Origin: Gammaproteobacteria bacterium
GTDB taxonomy: Bacteria > Pseudomonadota > Gammaproteobacteria > Eutrophobiales > Eutrophobiaceae
Length of the DNA: 64,000 nucleotides
NCBI GenBank assembly: GCA_965215365.1
Contig: CBDCDS010000003.1
Span: forward strand, 1,280,001 to 1,344,000
Reading direction: 5' to 3'
In this document: positions 40,519 to 50,309 of the stretch, one piece after another
Layout of the letters: each line of letters opens with the position of its first letter
Numbering within the stretch: position 1 is the first letter of the stretch
Program-made: the position numbers and the translations under genes
The notes under the pieces: model-generated
Told to the model about the DNA's origin: nothing
Seen by the model: only the letters and a program-made list of their open reading frames with translations
The model's database searches: none

Positions 40519-41684
40519 ACGCCATATTGCCCGAAGATCACCTTGACGCCACGTTAATCGGGCGGATTTGGCATCCTGCTAGGGAAGCGGCCTTAGCCGG
40601 TCCCTGCCTGGTTGCAGTCAAACAGGGGGGGCTTTATGAGCTGACCCAATACGCGCCGACCTGCGCCGGTCTCATGGGGCGGGCCGACAGAATGGCGGTG
40701 GTGACCAAGGCATTACGGCGGGCACCGTTGCTGGATCTGGAAACGGTGTTACAGAACAGTTGCCCCCGGCCCGATCCGCAGCAGGCTCATTTCCTAGCCC
40801 CGATAGACTTGCAGTGCATCAAGGCCGCCGGGGTGACGTTTGCCGAGAGCCTGCTGGAACGCATTATCGAAGAGCGTGCCGCCGGTGACTGGGCGCAGGC
40901 AGAAAGGATACGTGACGAGTTATCACAATCCATCGGCGCGGATTTGTCGAGCATCAAACCCGGCAGCAGGCTGGCCGAGCAACTGGCAAAGCGTCTGCGT
41001 GAGCAGGGGTTGTGGTCCCAATACCTAGAGGTAGGTCTCGGCCCGGACGCCGAGATCTTTACCAAGGCGCCGGTGCTGTCCGCCGTCGGCTACGGCCAGG
41101 AGATCGGGGTCAACCCGGCATCGGCGTGGAGCAACCCGGAGCCTGAAGTGGTGTTGGTGGTCAATGCCGGCGGAGAAATTGTCGGTGCCACGCTTGGCAA
41201 TGACGTTAACCTGCGCGATTTTGAGGGGCGTAGCGCCTTGTTGCTGGGCCGCGGCAAGGACAATAATGCCTCCTGCGCGCTGGGCCCGTTTGTGCGCCTG
41301 TTTGATGAGCATTTCAATCTGGACGATGTGCGCGCGCTGGAGGTGACCCTGGATGTGGCAGGGGCGGACGGCTACCAGCTGCATGGCTCAAGCTCTATGA
41401 CGGCCATCAGCCGGGATGTGACGGAACTGGTCAGACAGACGCTCAATGCCTCACATCAATACCCGGACGGCTGCGTGCTGATGACCGGCACCCTGTTCGC
41501 TCCGACCCAGGATCGCGAGCAGCCCGGCATGGGCTTTACCCATCACCCGGGCGATCGGGTGAGCATTGCCTCACCCAGGTTGGGTGCCTTAATCAATACC
41601 GTTACTACCAGCGATCAGGCGGCACCCTGGCAATTCGGCATCGGGGCGTTCATGCACAATCTGCAGCAGCGCCAACTCTTGTAA
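40515..41684 (+). CDS. FAH-family protein, XylX-like 2-keto-3-deoxy-pentonate dehydratase
   Basis: APIDLQCIKAAGVTFA, WSQYLEVGLGPDAEIFTKAP, NPEPE, GNDVNLRDFEGRSALLL. Confidence 0.85.
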   Translation: MNAILPEDHLDATLIGRIWHPAREAALAGPCLVAVKQGGLYELTQYAPTCAGLMGRADRMAVVTKALRRAPLLDLETVLQNSCPRPDPQQAHFLAPIDLQCIKAAGVTFAESLLERIIEERAAGDWAQAERIRDELSQSIGADLSSIKPGSRLAEQLAKRLREQGLWSQYLEVGLGPDAEIFTKAPVLSAVGYGQEIGVNPASAWSNPEPEVVLVVNAGGEIVGATLGNDVNLRDFEGRSALLLGRGKDNNASCALGPFVRLFDEHFNLDDVRALEVTLDVAGADGYQLHGSSSMTAISRDVTELVRQTLNASHQYPDGCVLMTGTLFAPTQDREQPGMGFTHHPGDRVSIASPRLGALINTVTTSDQAAPWQFGIGAFMHNLQQRQLL

Positions 41685-41836
41685 GGCCACCTCTCACAAA
41701 CACGAGGTGGCCGTGCAGTACAAGGATGTGCTGCCATTTTTAGTCACGTAAGTGACTGAAAATGAAGGAAATGAAAAATCATACTTTTTCATTTCCGTCT
41801 CTAAAAATACCACGGAGGGTATTTTTAGAGGTTACT
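41685..41836. mobile_element. Second copy of the ~153-bp family-B MITE-like element
   Basis: Core near-identical to 7594-7746; begins right after the TAA stop. Confidence 0.85.
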
Positions 41837-41868
41837 ATAAACCCGCAACACTGAGGTAACATGAAGCA

Positions 41869-43326
41869 GTGAAGACATACAACAACTACATCAATGGGGA
41901 ATGGGTAAGCAGTCAGCATCATACCGCGAACCTGAACCCCTCGGACCTGGCCGATACCATCGGCCACTATGCCCAGGCCGATGAGCAACAAACCGCGGCG
42001 GCCATTGAAGCCGCCGCGGCAGCCTTTACCACCTGGTCCCGCAGCGGCGCGCAGGCGCGTTTTGATATTCTGGATGCTGTCGGCACGGAAATTCTGGCGC
42101 GTAAGAAAGAGTTGGGCACGTTACTGGCGCGCGAGGAGGGTAAGACCCTGGCCGAGGGGATCGGGGAAATGACCCGTGCCGGGCAAATCTTCAAGTATTT
42201 TGCCGGTGAGGCGGTGCGCCTTAAAGGAGATATCCAGGCCTCGGTAAGAGCGGGTTTTGAAGTGCAGGTTACGCGTGAACCGGTTGGCGTGATGGGTATC
42301 ATCACCCCCTGGAACTTTCCCGTTGCCATCCCGGCCTGGAAGATTGCCCCGGCCCTGGCCTATGGCAATAGCGTGGTATTCAAACCGGCCGGACTAGTGA
42401 ACGCCTGCGCCTGGGCGTTGGTCGATATCCTGCACCGCGCCGGGTTGCCCCAGGGCGTGCTCAACCTGGTTATGGGTTCCGGCAGCACAATCGGCAATAC
42501 TCTGTTACATCACCGGGATGTGAACGCCATCAGTTTTACCGGTTCCGTGCAAACAGGCGCCAAAGTAGCGGCAGCCTGTAGCGCGCGCGGCGCCAGATAC
42601 CAGCTGGAAATGGGGGGGAAAAACCCGTTGCTGATCCTCGACGACGCCGACTTGGGCGTGGCGGTGGATTGCGCCGTCAATGGCGCCTTCTTCTCTACCG
42701 GCCAACGCTGTACCGCCTCCAGCCGTCTTATCGTCACGACCGGGATCCACGACCGTTTTGTGGACGCCTGCGTGAGCAAACTCAAATCGCTGCACGTCGG
42801 TCACGCCCTGCAAGAGGGAACCCATATCGGCCCGGTCGTGGACCAGTCACAACTGGACCAGGACTTGCAGTATATACAGCTTGGCCGTGAGGAGGGGGCC
42901 GAACTGGCCGTTGGCGGTGAACGACTGCAGCGGGAAACGGAGGGCTTTTATCTGTCGCCCGCGCTGTTCACGAATACCAGCAATAACATGCGCATCAACC
43001 GGGAGGAGATCTTCGGGCCGATAGCCACCGTGATCAAGGTAAGCGATTATGATGAGGCCCTGCACACCGCCAACGACACGGAGTTCGGCCTCTCAGCCGG
43101 CATCTGTACCACCTCATTGGCCGCCGCGACCGCCTTCAAGCGCGAATCACGCGCCGGTATGGTGATGGTCAACCTGCCGACTGCGGGCGTGGATTACCAT
43201 GTGCCGTTCGGTGGCTCCAAGGGCTCCAGTTTCGGCCCGCGCGAACAAGGCAGCTACGCCAAGGAGTTCTACACCACCGTCAAGACGACCTACGTCAACC
43301 CGCTGAAAGTCGCCACTTCAGGATAG
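41869..43326 (+). CDS. Aldehyde dehydrogenase (probable alpha-ketoglutaric semialdehyde dehydrogenase)
   Basis: ITPWNFP, FTGS, LEMGGKNP, GQRCTA, EEIFGP; follows the XylX-like gene. Confidence 0.92.
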   Translation: MKTYNNYINGEWVSSQHHTANLNPSDLADTIGHYAQADEQQTAAAIEAAAAAFTTWSRSGAQARFDILDAVGTEILARKKELGTLLAREEGKTLAEGIGEMTRAGQIFKYFAGEAVRLKGDIQASVRAGFEVQVTREPVGVMGIITPWNFPVAIPAWKIAPALAYGNSVVFKPAGLVNACAWALVDILHRAGLPQGVLNLVMGSGSTIGNTLLHHRDVNAISFTGSVQTGAKVAAACSARGARYQLEMGGKNPLLILDDADLGVAVDCAVNGAFFSTGQRCTASSRLIVTTGIHDRFVDACVSKLKSLHVGHALQEGTHIGPVVDQSQLDQDLQYIQLGREEGAELAVGGERLQRETEGFYLSPALFTNTSNNMRINREEIFGPIATVIKVSDYDEALHTANDTEFGLSAGICTTSLAAATAFKRESRAGMVMVNLPTAGVDYHVPFGGSKGSSFGPREQGSYAKEFYTTVKTTYVNPLKVATSG

Positions 43327-43353
43327 CCCTGGGTTCCAATCAGGAGAAAACCA

Positions 43354-43563
43354 ATGCTGAAAAATCTGACTGAGTGGGTGCCACTGCTGGTGCTGCTGAT
43401 CTCATTAGGGGGCTTGCAACTGAGTCTCAATCTGGGCCTGCGCACAGATGTGCGCGCACTGACCGAGCAGGTGGCCGGTGTGCGCGAGCGCCTCGCCTCA
43501 CTGGAGACTCGAGTCGGTCACATCGAGTCCCGCTTGGTTGCGCGCCACGGCGAGGCGCCCTGA
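43354..43563 (+). CDS. Small N-terminal-TM coiled-coil protein (paralog of 49765-50040)
   Basis: AGGAG RBS; hydrophobic helix followed by VAGVRERLASLETRVGHIE. Confidence 0.75.
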   Translation: MLKNLTEWVPLLVLLISLGGLQLSLNLGLRTDVRALTEQVAGVRERLASLETRVGHIESRLVARHGEAP

Positions 43564-43812
43564 TGCTGTTGGTAATATGAGACAAAAATAAAATTATGTT
43601 GCATAGATGGAATAACCCTGTACTATGGGCGCAGCGGCGCTTGTGAGGTTGCCCTGCGTAACATGAGACTTGGGGCGAGTCTTGACAAAATATTCTTGTT
43701 CAGGTACGGTCGCGAATGTTGGTTGGCAGTTCAGCGATTCGCTGGGTATGATGAATGGAACTGCTGTGAATAGTGCTAAACTAAACGTTAATGATGTCAG
43801 AGGAGTGTTGTT

Positions 43813-46350
43813 ATGAATATGATTAAATGTGCATTGTCCGGGAGCATCTCGAAGACGACCGCATCGGTTGCGGAAAAGATGCTTTGTTGTTCGGCGATAT
43901 TGTTGTTTATGACGGGTGCGGTGTCTCAGGCACAGGCGCAAGATGAAGGCGCTTCGTCCTCAGCGATTGAGGAAGTCGTGGTGCTTGCGCAAAAGCGCGA
44001 GCAGAACTTGCAGGATGTGCCGGCTTCGGTAGCGGTGATAACGGGTGAGGATATGGCGGCCATCGGTGCCAGCAGTGGTGTTGATATACTGAAGTTGACC
44101 CCGGCAATTACGCTGTACGGCGATCAGGACCCCAGGACAACCAATTTTTCCATTCGGGGTATTTCCAGCACGTTTCTTCGGTCGGCAATTGAGCCAAGCG
44201 CCAGCATTATCATCGACGGAGAGACTTTGCCTCGTTCATCAGCCCTCAATATGGATTTCCTGGATATTGAACGTGTTGAAGTTCTGCGTGGACCTCAAGG
44301 GACGCTGTTCGGTAAAAACGTTTCGGCCGGTGCTTTGCATATTGTGACGAAACGGCCGTCTCTGGATGGCTTCAGCGGTAATATGAACGTTACTGTGGCG
44401 GAGGATGATGAGTACATCACACGCGGTGGGGTCAATATACCGTTGAGTGACACTGCTGCGGTGCGTTTGAATGGCTATTGGCGTGATATGGGTGGCTGGA
44501 TTCCCAACCTGGACAGCACTGAGCCGGATGGTGGGCAGAAAGAGGGTTGGGGTGCGCGTGCACAGTTTCTGTACGAGCCTTCCGACAGATTGGAGGTACT
44601 GGCCAGGGTTGAGGTGTCAGGGGAGAATTATGGCCCAGGCGCCAAGGTGCTTACAGGAGTTCCCGGCGATGATCAGCTGACACCGGAAATGATTACTGCT
44701 CTGGAGCTTTCCGGCGACAGGAGAATCTCCGGCGAAAGGATAGTTGCCGACCGCAACAACGCGGCTTACAGCAGCAACAGGACAACTTCTCAAATCGGTG
44801 ATCGCGATTACGGTGATTTGGATAATCTGGCGTTTTCCTTGGAGAGCAGGTACGACGCGGGCGCATTTGACGTTGTTCTGGTGGGTTCCTACCGTGATCT
44901 GGAACTTTACACGAATGAGGATCAAACCTTGATTGCGGTTGACTCGGGGCAGTACTACTTCGCCGGCGACACCAATACTGAGGCCGTACAACTGGAAGGG
45001 CGCATCGAGTCCACCGGTGGTGGCCCGGTGAGCTACACCGCGGGGCTGTACTACAACCAGCAAGAGATCTACCGTAGCGAGAGGACAAAAGAGTGTATCC
45101 AGTACGGTAACCCCTCCGGTCTTCCGAGTGGCACTGTGATCGATCCGATAACTCGCAGAATTACCGATTGTGGCGGCACGGGTCTCGATCATATGCAAGA
45201 TCAGGAATTTCAGTCAACATTGGACGTTAAGAATTACGCGGTATTTACCAATTTTGAATGGCGCGTGCATGACTCGATCAATCTGTTTGCCGGGGCCAGA
45301 CTGCTGTATGAGGAACAGGACTTGACCCATGAGATATTAGCGAGCCCGAGCGGCCGGCCTGCGTATGGCAGTCCTGCTGGAGGGATTCCTGCATTTACGG
45401 TTGAGGCGGACGACACCGCGGTCATCGGCAGAGTAGGTGGGCAGTATTTTTTCAATGATGACACTATGCTCTATACCAGTTTTACGACTGGTTACAAGGG
45501 TAGGGCCTGGGACAACTGGTTCGGTCATTCCGGAATCTATATGGAGCCGGATTTTGCACAGACGTTTAAGGAGCAACGTCTGGCAGGTGCCGAGAAACCG
45601 CAGCAATGGGAAGTAGGTTTTAAGGGCGACTTTTTCGATGGTCGCGGTCGCCTGAATGCGACGTTCTTCCGCACCGACATCGATGGTTATCAGGATAATG
45701 TCCAGTTGCCCGACCCTGCCAGCCCCAGGGGGCTTGCTGGTGGCATCAGGCGTTTGCAGGGTGTGGATGTGCGCACGCAGGGCGTAGAGCTGGAGGTGAT
45801 AGTTGTGCCTGTTGATAATTTGACGCTGTCCGGCTCTTTCAGTTGGGTTGATGCCACTTATCAGGATGTGCATTATTCGGGGTGCACACCCATTGCGCGG
45901 GCTGACGGCGCTTGCGAGATGGTTGAGAGCTTTACGCTTGACGGGACACGTGAACTTCTGGAGCTGACCAACGCCAAAGGTGAGCAGATTGCTAACGCTA
46001 TTGAGTTCTCCTATCTTTTGAGCGCTGATTATCGGCTTGATTTACCGGGCGGGTATGCGGGTTCGGCCAGAATAACCTACCGGTGGATGGATAATCAGGA
46101 GTTTGCCTTCAAGCACCCCTTTCAGCAACGGGAAGATTACGGTGTTGCCAATCTCAGCATGCGTCTGGCCGCGCCGGAGAATCGATGGGCATTGACGTTC
46201 TTTATCAACAATCTGTTTGATGACGAGTATCACGAGCGTACCGGCGGCGCCTATGCAGTGGGTTATGCCGCTCCTCGTGGTGGCCGTTCCGACACCATGC
46301 CAAGAGATTACAAGCGTTACATGGGAGCCAACTTGAGTGTTAATTTTTAA
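43813..46350 (+). CDS. TonB-dependent receptor
   Basis: IEEVVVLAQKRE, IERVEVLRGPQGTLFGKN, C-terminal Phe; AGGAG RBS; TTGACA-N17-TACGGT at 43682-43710. Confidence 0.93.
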   Translation: MNMIKCALSGSISKTTASVAEKMLCCSAILLFMTGAVSQAQAQDEGASSSAIEEVVVLAQKREQNLQDVPASVAVITGEDMAAIGASSGVDILKLTPAITLYGDQDPRTTNFSIRGISSTFLRSAIEPSASIIIDGETLPRSSALNMDFLDIERVEVLRGPQGTLFGKNVSAGALHIVTKRPSLDGFSGNMNVTVAEDDEYITRGGVNIPLSDTAAVRLNGYWRDMGGWIPNLDSTEPDGGQKEGWGARAQFLYEPSDRLEVLARVEVSGENYGPGAKVLTGVPGDDQLTPEMITALELSGDRRISGERIVADRNNAAYSSNRTTSQIGDRDYGDLDNLAFSLESRYDAGAFDVVLVGSYRDLELYTNEDQTLIAVDSGQYYFAGDTNTEAVQLEGRIESTGGGPVSYTAGLYYNQQEIYRSERTKECIQYGNPSGLPSGTVIDPITRRITDCGGTGLDHMQDQEFQSTLDVKNYAVFTNFEWRVHDSINLFAGARLLYEEQDLTHEILASPSGRPAYGSPAGGIPAFTVEADDTAVIGRVGGQYFFNDDTMLYTSFTTGYKGRAWDNWFGHSGIYMEPDFAQTFKEQRLAGAEKPQQWEVGFKGDFFDGRGRLNATFFRTDIDGYQDNVQLPDPASPRGLAGGIRRLQGVDVRTQGVELEVIVVPVDNLTLSGSFSWVDATYQDVHYSGCTPIARADGACEMVESFTLDGTRELLELTNAKGEQIANAIEFSYLLSADYRLDLPGGYAGSARITYRWMDNQEFAFKHPFQQREDYGVANLSMRLAAPENRWALTFFINNLFDDEYHERTGGAYAVGYAAPRGGRSDTMPRDYKRYMGANLSVNF

Positions 46351-46375
46351 GGTTCATCTCCCTGTAGATGAGGCA

Positions 46376-46404
46376 GCGGTCGCGCGCAAGCGCGGCCGCT
46401 TTTG
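46376..46404 (+). terminator. Hairpin/terminator after the TonB receptor
   Basis: AGCGGTCGCGC-GCAA-GCGCGGCCGCT-TTT. Confidence 0.55.
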
Positions 46405-46433
46405 GGTTGTGTGCAAAAGAGCGTTGCAATCTG

Positions 46434-47954
46434 ATGATTAACAGAGCTCGGGTGGTTATTGCCACGGCATGTTTCTTTCTTGTCACCTCATACATCGCCA
46501 TTCATGCCACCGAAACAAGTGTGGCAGGGAATGCTGGTAAAGGTGTTTTTCCAAACATTGTTCTGATTCTTGCGGACGATATGGGTTATGGCGATATTCA
46601 AAGCTATAACCCTGATAGTAAAATCCCTACCCCTCATCTTGACCGTCTGGTGTCGGCGGGCATGCGCTTCACCGACGCACACTCTCCGTCTGCAGTGTGT
46701 ACGCCCACTCGCTACGGATTGCTGACCGGCCGTTACGCGTGGCGTACCAGCCTCAAGAGTGGTGTCTTGTGGGGCTATTCTCCCTTGCTTATTGAAGAAG
46801 ACCGGGTGACGTTGGCGTCTTTGTTAAGAGCACGGGGTTATCATACGGCAGCGATTGGCAAGTGGCATTTGGGCATGGGCTCCCGTGAGGCCAATTACTT
46901 CGAAGCACCCATCGTCGATGGCAGGGATACCAGTTTTGATTTCGGTTACTTGCGGCCAGGCCCCAATGAGGTAGGGTTTGATTACTTTTTTGGCATTCCC
47001 GCCTCGTTGGATATGAAACCCTATATCTATGTGGAAAACGCCAGACCCTATACGCCGCTGACCGGCAAGTTGGTGGAAGCAAGTGCAATGCGTCGCTATG
47101 GAGGCGGGGGGTACTGGCGCAAAGGACAGATTGCCGAGGGTTTTGCACATGCAGAGGTGTTGTCACAAATAACCGATAAAGCTGTCGGCTATATTCAGCA
47201 ACGCGGACAGGATGACAATGACCAGCCGTTCTTTCTCTATTTTCCGTTGACCGCGCCGCACACTCCCTGGCTGCCTGCCAGTGAGTTCCAGGGGAAAAGT
47301 AGCGCCGGTTATTACGGAGATTTTGTGGCTCAAGTGGATGATACGGTCGGACAGATCATGGCGGCCTTAGCACAACAAGGTTTTGCTGATAATACACTGG
47401 TCATTTTTACGTCCGACAACGGCGCGCACTGGCTATCGACAGACATTGAGCAATTTGATCACCTAGCTAATGGTTTATGGCGCGGTCAAAAGGCAGACAT
47501 CTATGAGGGCGGCCATCGGGTGCCGTTCATCGCAAAATGGACCGGACGTATTCCTGCCGGTACGGTCAGTGAGCTGCCGATAGCGCATACGGATTTAATG
47601 GCCACTATTGCAGAGGTGGTTAATACCCCAATGGGCCCTGAGGCCGGTCCGGATAGTTTCAGTTTTTTACCTGCTCTACGGGGTGAGGCCGTGGCGCAAG
47701 ACGCGCGTCCGCCAATGGTGCACCATTCATTGTACGGCATGTTTGCCATCCGGGAGGGTGATTGGAAACTGATAGACGGCCTTGGTAGCGGCGGTTTTAC
47801 TGAGCCTGCCCAGGTTGAGGCCATCGCAGGTGAAGAGGCGGTACGCCTCTATAATCTGGCAACAGACCCTGCTGAAACAAACAACGTCGCGGCCGACCAT
47901 CCCCAACAGGTCGTTCGCATGCGGCAGCGCTTGGCGCAGATAAAACAGCTTTAG
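46434..47954 (+). CDS. Formylglycine-dependent (Cys-type) sulfatase, exported
   Basis: PNIVLILADDMGYGD, CTPTR motif, GKWHLG, FTSDNG, YEGGHRVP; signal-like N-terminus. Confidence 0.95.
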   Translation: MINRARVVIATACFFLVTSYIAIHATETSVAGNAGKGVFPNIVLILADDMGYGDIQSYNPDSKIPTPHLDRLVSAGMRFTDAHSPSAVCTPTRYGLLTGRYAWRTSLKSGVLWGYSPLLIEEDRVTLASLLRARGYHTAAIGKWHLGMGSREANYFEAPIVDGRDTSFDFGYLRPGPNEVGFDYFFGIPASLDMKPYIYVENARPYTPLTGKLVEASAMRRYGGGGYWRKGQIAEGFAHAEVLSQITDKAVGYIQQRGQDDNDQPFFLYFPLTAPHTPWLPASEFQGKSSAGYYGDFVAQVDDTVGQIMAALAQQGFADNTLVIFTSDNGAHWLSTDIEQFDHLANGLWRGQKADIYEGGHRVPFIAKWTGRIPAGTVSELPIAHTDLMATIAEVVNTPMGPEAGPDSFSFLPALRGEAVAQDARPPMVHHSLYGMFAIREGDWKLIDGLGSGGFTEPAQVEAIAGEEAVRLYNLATDPAETNNVAADHPQQVVRMRQRLAQIKQL

Positions 47955-48113
47955 ACCACTCCAACCCGGTGCATTGATAAAACCCATCCTTGCTATTGAA
48001 AAATACAATGAGACCGAGTTTCGTTTTCGCTTGATATCAAATACCGGCTTTGGTCTAATGTCGGTATCTCATATTACCATTACGCTGTGTCGCTGATGTA
48101 GGAGGTAGTTGAA

Positions 48114-49703
48114 ATGTCCTGCGATTCTTGTTCTCTAACCTGTATGGAACGTCTGTTTTTCCGCAATGCCCCGTTGCTATCGGTCGGGTCTTTGGGAAAG
48201 TGGTTATCGGGTCTTGGTCTCGTTATTCTTTTGCAAATCCCGGGTGTGGGTGTTGCAGAGCAAACGGCGCCTCGTTACGAGGCCAACTGGCAGTCGCTGG
48301 ATCAGCGCCCGATCGCGGATTGGTTCGGCGCCGCTAAATTCGGCATATTCATTCACTGGGGCCCGTACTCCGTCCCGGCCTGGTCACCCAAAGGCACTTA
48401 CTCCGAGTGGTATCAGCACTGGATGCAGGGCAAGGCGCTGTTCGGCAATGGTGACTTCGAAGGTGATGAAGTTTATCAGTACCATGTCAAAACCTATGGG
48501 GATGATTTCACTTATTACCAGTTTGCCGATGAATTTACCGCAGACCTGTTCGAGCCGGACGCCTGGGCAAACCTGTTTGAGCAAGCCGGTGCCAGATACG
48601 TGGTCCTGACTTCCAAGCATCACGACGGTTTTACGTTGTGGCCGAACGAGCAAGCCAACGACCAGGGTTTCGCCTGGAATAGCGTGGAGCGAGGGGCGAA
48701 GCGTGACCTGGTGGGTGAATTATCTGCGGCGGTCAAGAAGACACCCCTGAAAATGGGGCTGTACTACTCGTTGTACGAGTGGTATCACCCCTGGTGGCTG
48801 AATGACAAGGAACGTTTTGTCTCAGAGCACTTCCTGCCACAGGCCAAAGATCTGGTGGAGCGCTACCAGCCGGATATCTTGTGGGCGGATGGCGAGTGGG
48901 ACATGGAGGCCGAGAAATGGCGCTCGCCGGAGTTGCTGGCCTGGCTGTTCAACGAATCCTCAGTGAAAGACACCGTCGTCATTAATGACCGCTGGGGGAC
49001 CGACCGCGCGGGGGAAATGTTGCGCGGTCGACACGGCGGCTACTACACTACCGAATATCAGGCCGACGGTGAATTTGACCGCCCCTGGGAAGAGATTCGC
49101 GGCATGGGGCTCTCGTTTGGCTACAACCGCAACGAAGATGCACAGGACTACAACAGTACCCGTACCTTGCTGTTGTTGCTGCTCGATGTGGTCAGTAAGG
49201 GCGGCAATCTACTGCTGAATATCGGCCCTGACCACCGCGGGCGTATTCCACCCATCATGCAGCAGCGGCTGCTGGAGATGGGGGCCTGGCTGAAGGTGAA
49301 TGGTGAGGCCGTTTACGGCACTGAGAAATGGCGTCAGTCGGTGCAATGGTCGGCAGGAGACCGCAACATTGACCTGCCGGACCTCCGCTATATCCCCGGC
49401 GATTACATCCTCAAGCAGACGCTTAATCCCCCTCCCGGCAAAGCGGTGAAAGAACTGTTTTTCACCCATAAGGGGGCAGACCTGTATGCCATATCCCCGA
49501 CCTACCCGAAAGGCAGGTTGGTCATTAAGGGAATCACGCCCACCGAGAGCACCACAATTACCCTGCTTGGCCACGAAAATCCTCTTGAGTACCAGTCAGA
49601 GGAAGGCAATATCATCGTGCAAGTGCCGCCGCTGAGCGTTGATGAATTGCCCTGCCAACATGCCTGGAGTTTCAGGATTACCGGGGTACTCGGCGATTTG
49701 TAA
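48114..49703 (+). CDS. GH29 alpha-L-fucosidase
   Basis: KFGIFIHWG, TSKHHDGF, nucleophile motif LWADGEW, INDRW, GGNLLLNIGP. Confidence 0.95.
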   Translation: MSCDSCSLTCMERLFFRNAPLLSVGSLGKWLSGLGLVILLQIPGVGVAEQTAPRYEANWQSLDQRPIADWFGAAKFGIFIHWGPYSVPAWSPKGTYSEWYQHWMQGKALFGNGDFEGDEVYQYHVKTYGDDFTYYQFADEFTADLFEPDAWANLFEQAGARYVVLTSKHHDGFTLWPNEQANDQGFAWNSVERGAKRDLVGELSAAVKKTPLKMGLYYSLYEWYHPWWLNDKERFVSEHFLPQAKDLVERYQPDILWADGEWDMEAEKWRSPELLAWLFNESSVKDTVVINDRWGTDRAGEMLRGRHGGYYTTEYQADGEFDRPWEEIRGMGLSFGYNRNEDAQDYNSTRTLLLLLLDVVSKGGNLLLNIGPDHRGRIPPIMQQRLLEMGAWLKVNGEAVYGTEKWRQSVQWSAGDRNIDLPDLRYIPGDYILKQTLNPPPGKAVKELFFTHKGADLYAISPTYPKGRLVIKGITPTESTTITLLGHENPLEYQSEEGNIIVQVPPLSVDELPCQHAWSFRITGVLGDL

Positions 49704-49753
49704 GATCCGGTTTGAACGGCTATACTGAACTGAACTGAACTCAACTCAACTGT
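49698..49753 (+). promoter_or_regulatory. sigma70-like promoter followed by a pentanucleotide tandem repeat
   Basis: TTGTAA-N17-TATACT, overlapping ACTGA x3, ACTCA x2, ACTGT (49724-49753). Confidence 0.6.
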
Positions 49754-49764
49754 GGGAGAATACC

Positions 49765-50040
49765 ATGCTTGAACAACTGAATGACTGGGCGCCGTTACTG
49801 ACTATCCTGGTGAGCCTGGGTGGCCTGCAGCTGGGCTTATACCTGGGCCTGCGCACCGATATGCGTGCCTTGGTCGAGGTCCTGGCTGGGGTGCGCGAAC
49901 GTCTCGCGGCCTTAGAAGCGCGCGTCGGTAATTTAGAGACCAGCGTCGGCAATTTAGAGACCCGCGTCGGTAATTTAGAGACCAGCGTCGGCAATTTAGA
50001 GACCCGCGTCGGCCATGTCGAGGCCCACCTAAAAGCATAG
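49765..50040 (+). CDS. Small N-terminal-TM coiled-coil protein with heptad expansion
   Basis: Paralog of 43354-43563; (R/S)VGNLET x4; GGGAG RBS. Confidence 0.8.
   Translation: MLEQLNDWAPLLTILVSLGGLQLGLYLGLRTDMRALVEVLAGVRERLAALEARVGNLETSVGNLETRVGNLETSVGNLETRVGHVEAHLKA
49921..50013 (+). repeat. 21-bp coding tandem repeat (42-bp higher-order unit x2)
   Basis: CGCGTCGGTAATTTAGAGACC / AGCGTCGGCAATTTAGAGACC alternating. Confidence 0.92.
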
Positions 50041-50309
50041 CGGTAGCTATGGTTATGCCCCCCCCCCACAGCGCTTGTTCGTCTTCGGCTGACGACATGT
50101 TGAGGCAGGCGCACCGGCTAGGATGCTGGCCGGTATCTAATCTATTTGATTACCGGCCGGCCAGACCGGGAGCTGCGTCGGGTAATCCTTGCATGGCGCC
50201 AAGCCTCATGCTGTTAGCCACTGCGCTGAGCCGCTATGTGCAGTCGGTGCGGGCGGCCTCGATGGTGAGCCTTCAATAGGCAGGAGCTAAAGCCTTGTCT
50301 GTGATCCGC

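Noticed and set aside
43594-43666. Possible third MITE with imperfect terminal repeats
   Set aside because: Only about 9/13 complementary and no second copy in the window.
49921-50013. Short direct repeats as a possible CRISPR array
   Set aside because: The units are contiguous with no unique spacers, are in-frame heptads of a CDS, and no cas genes are present.
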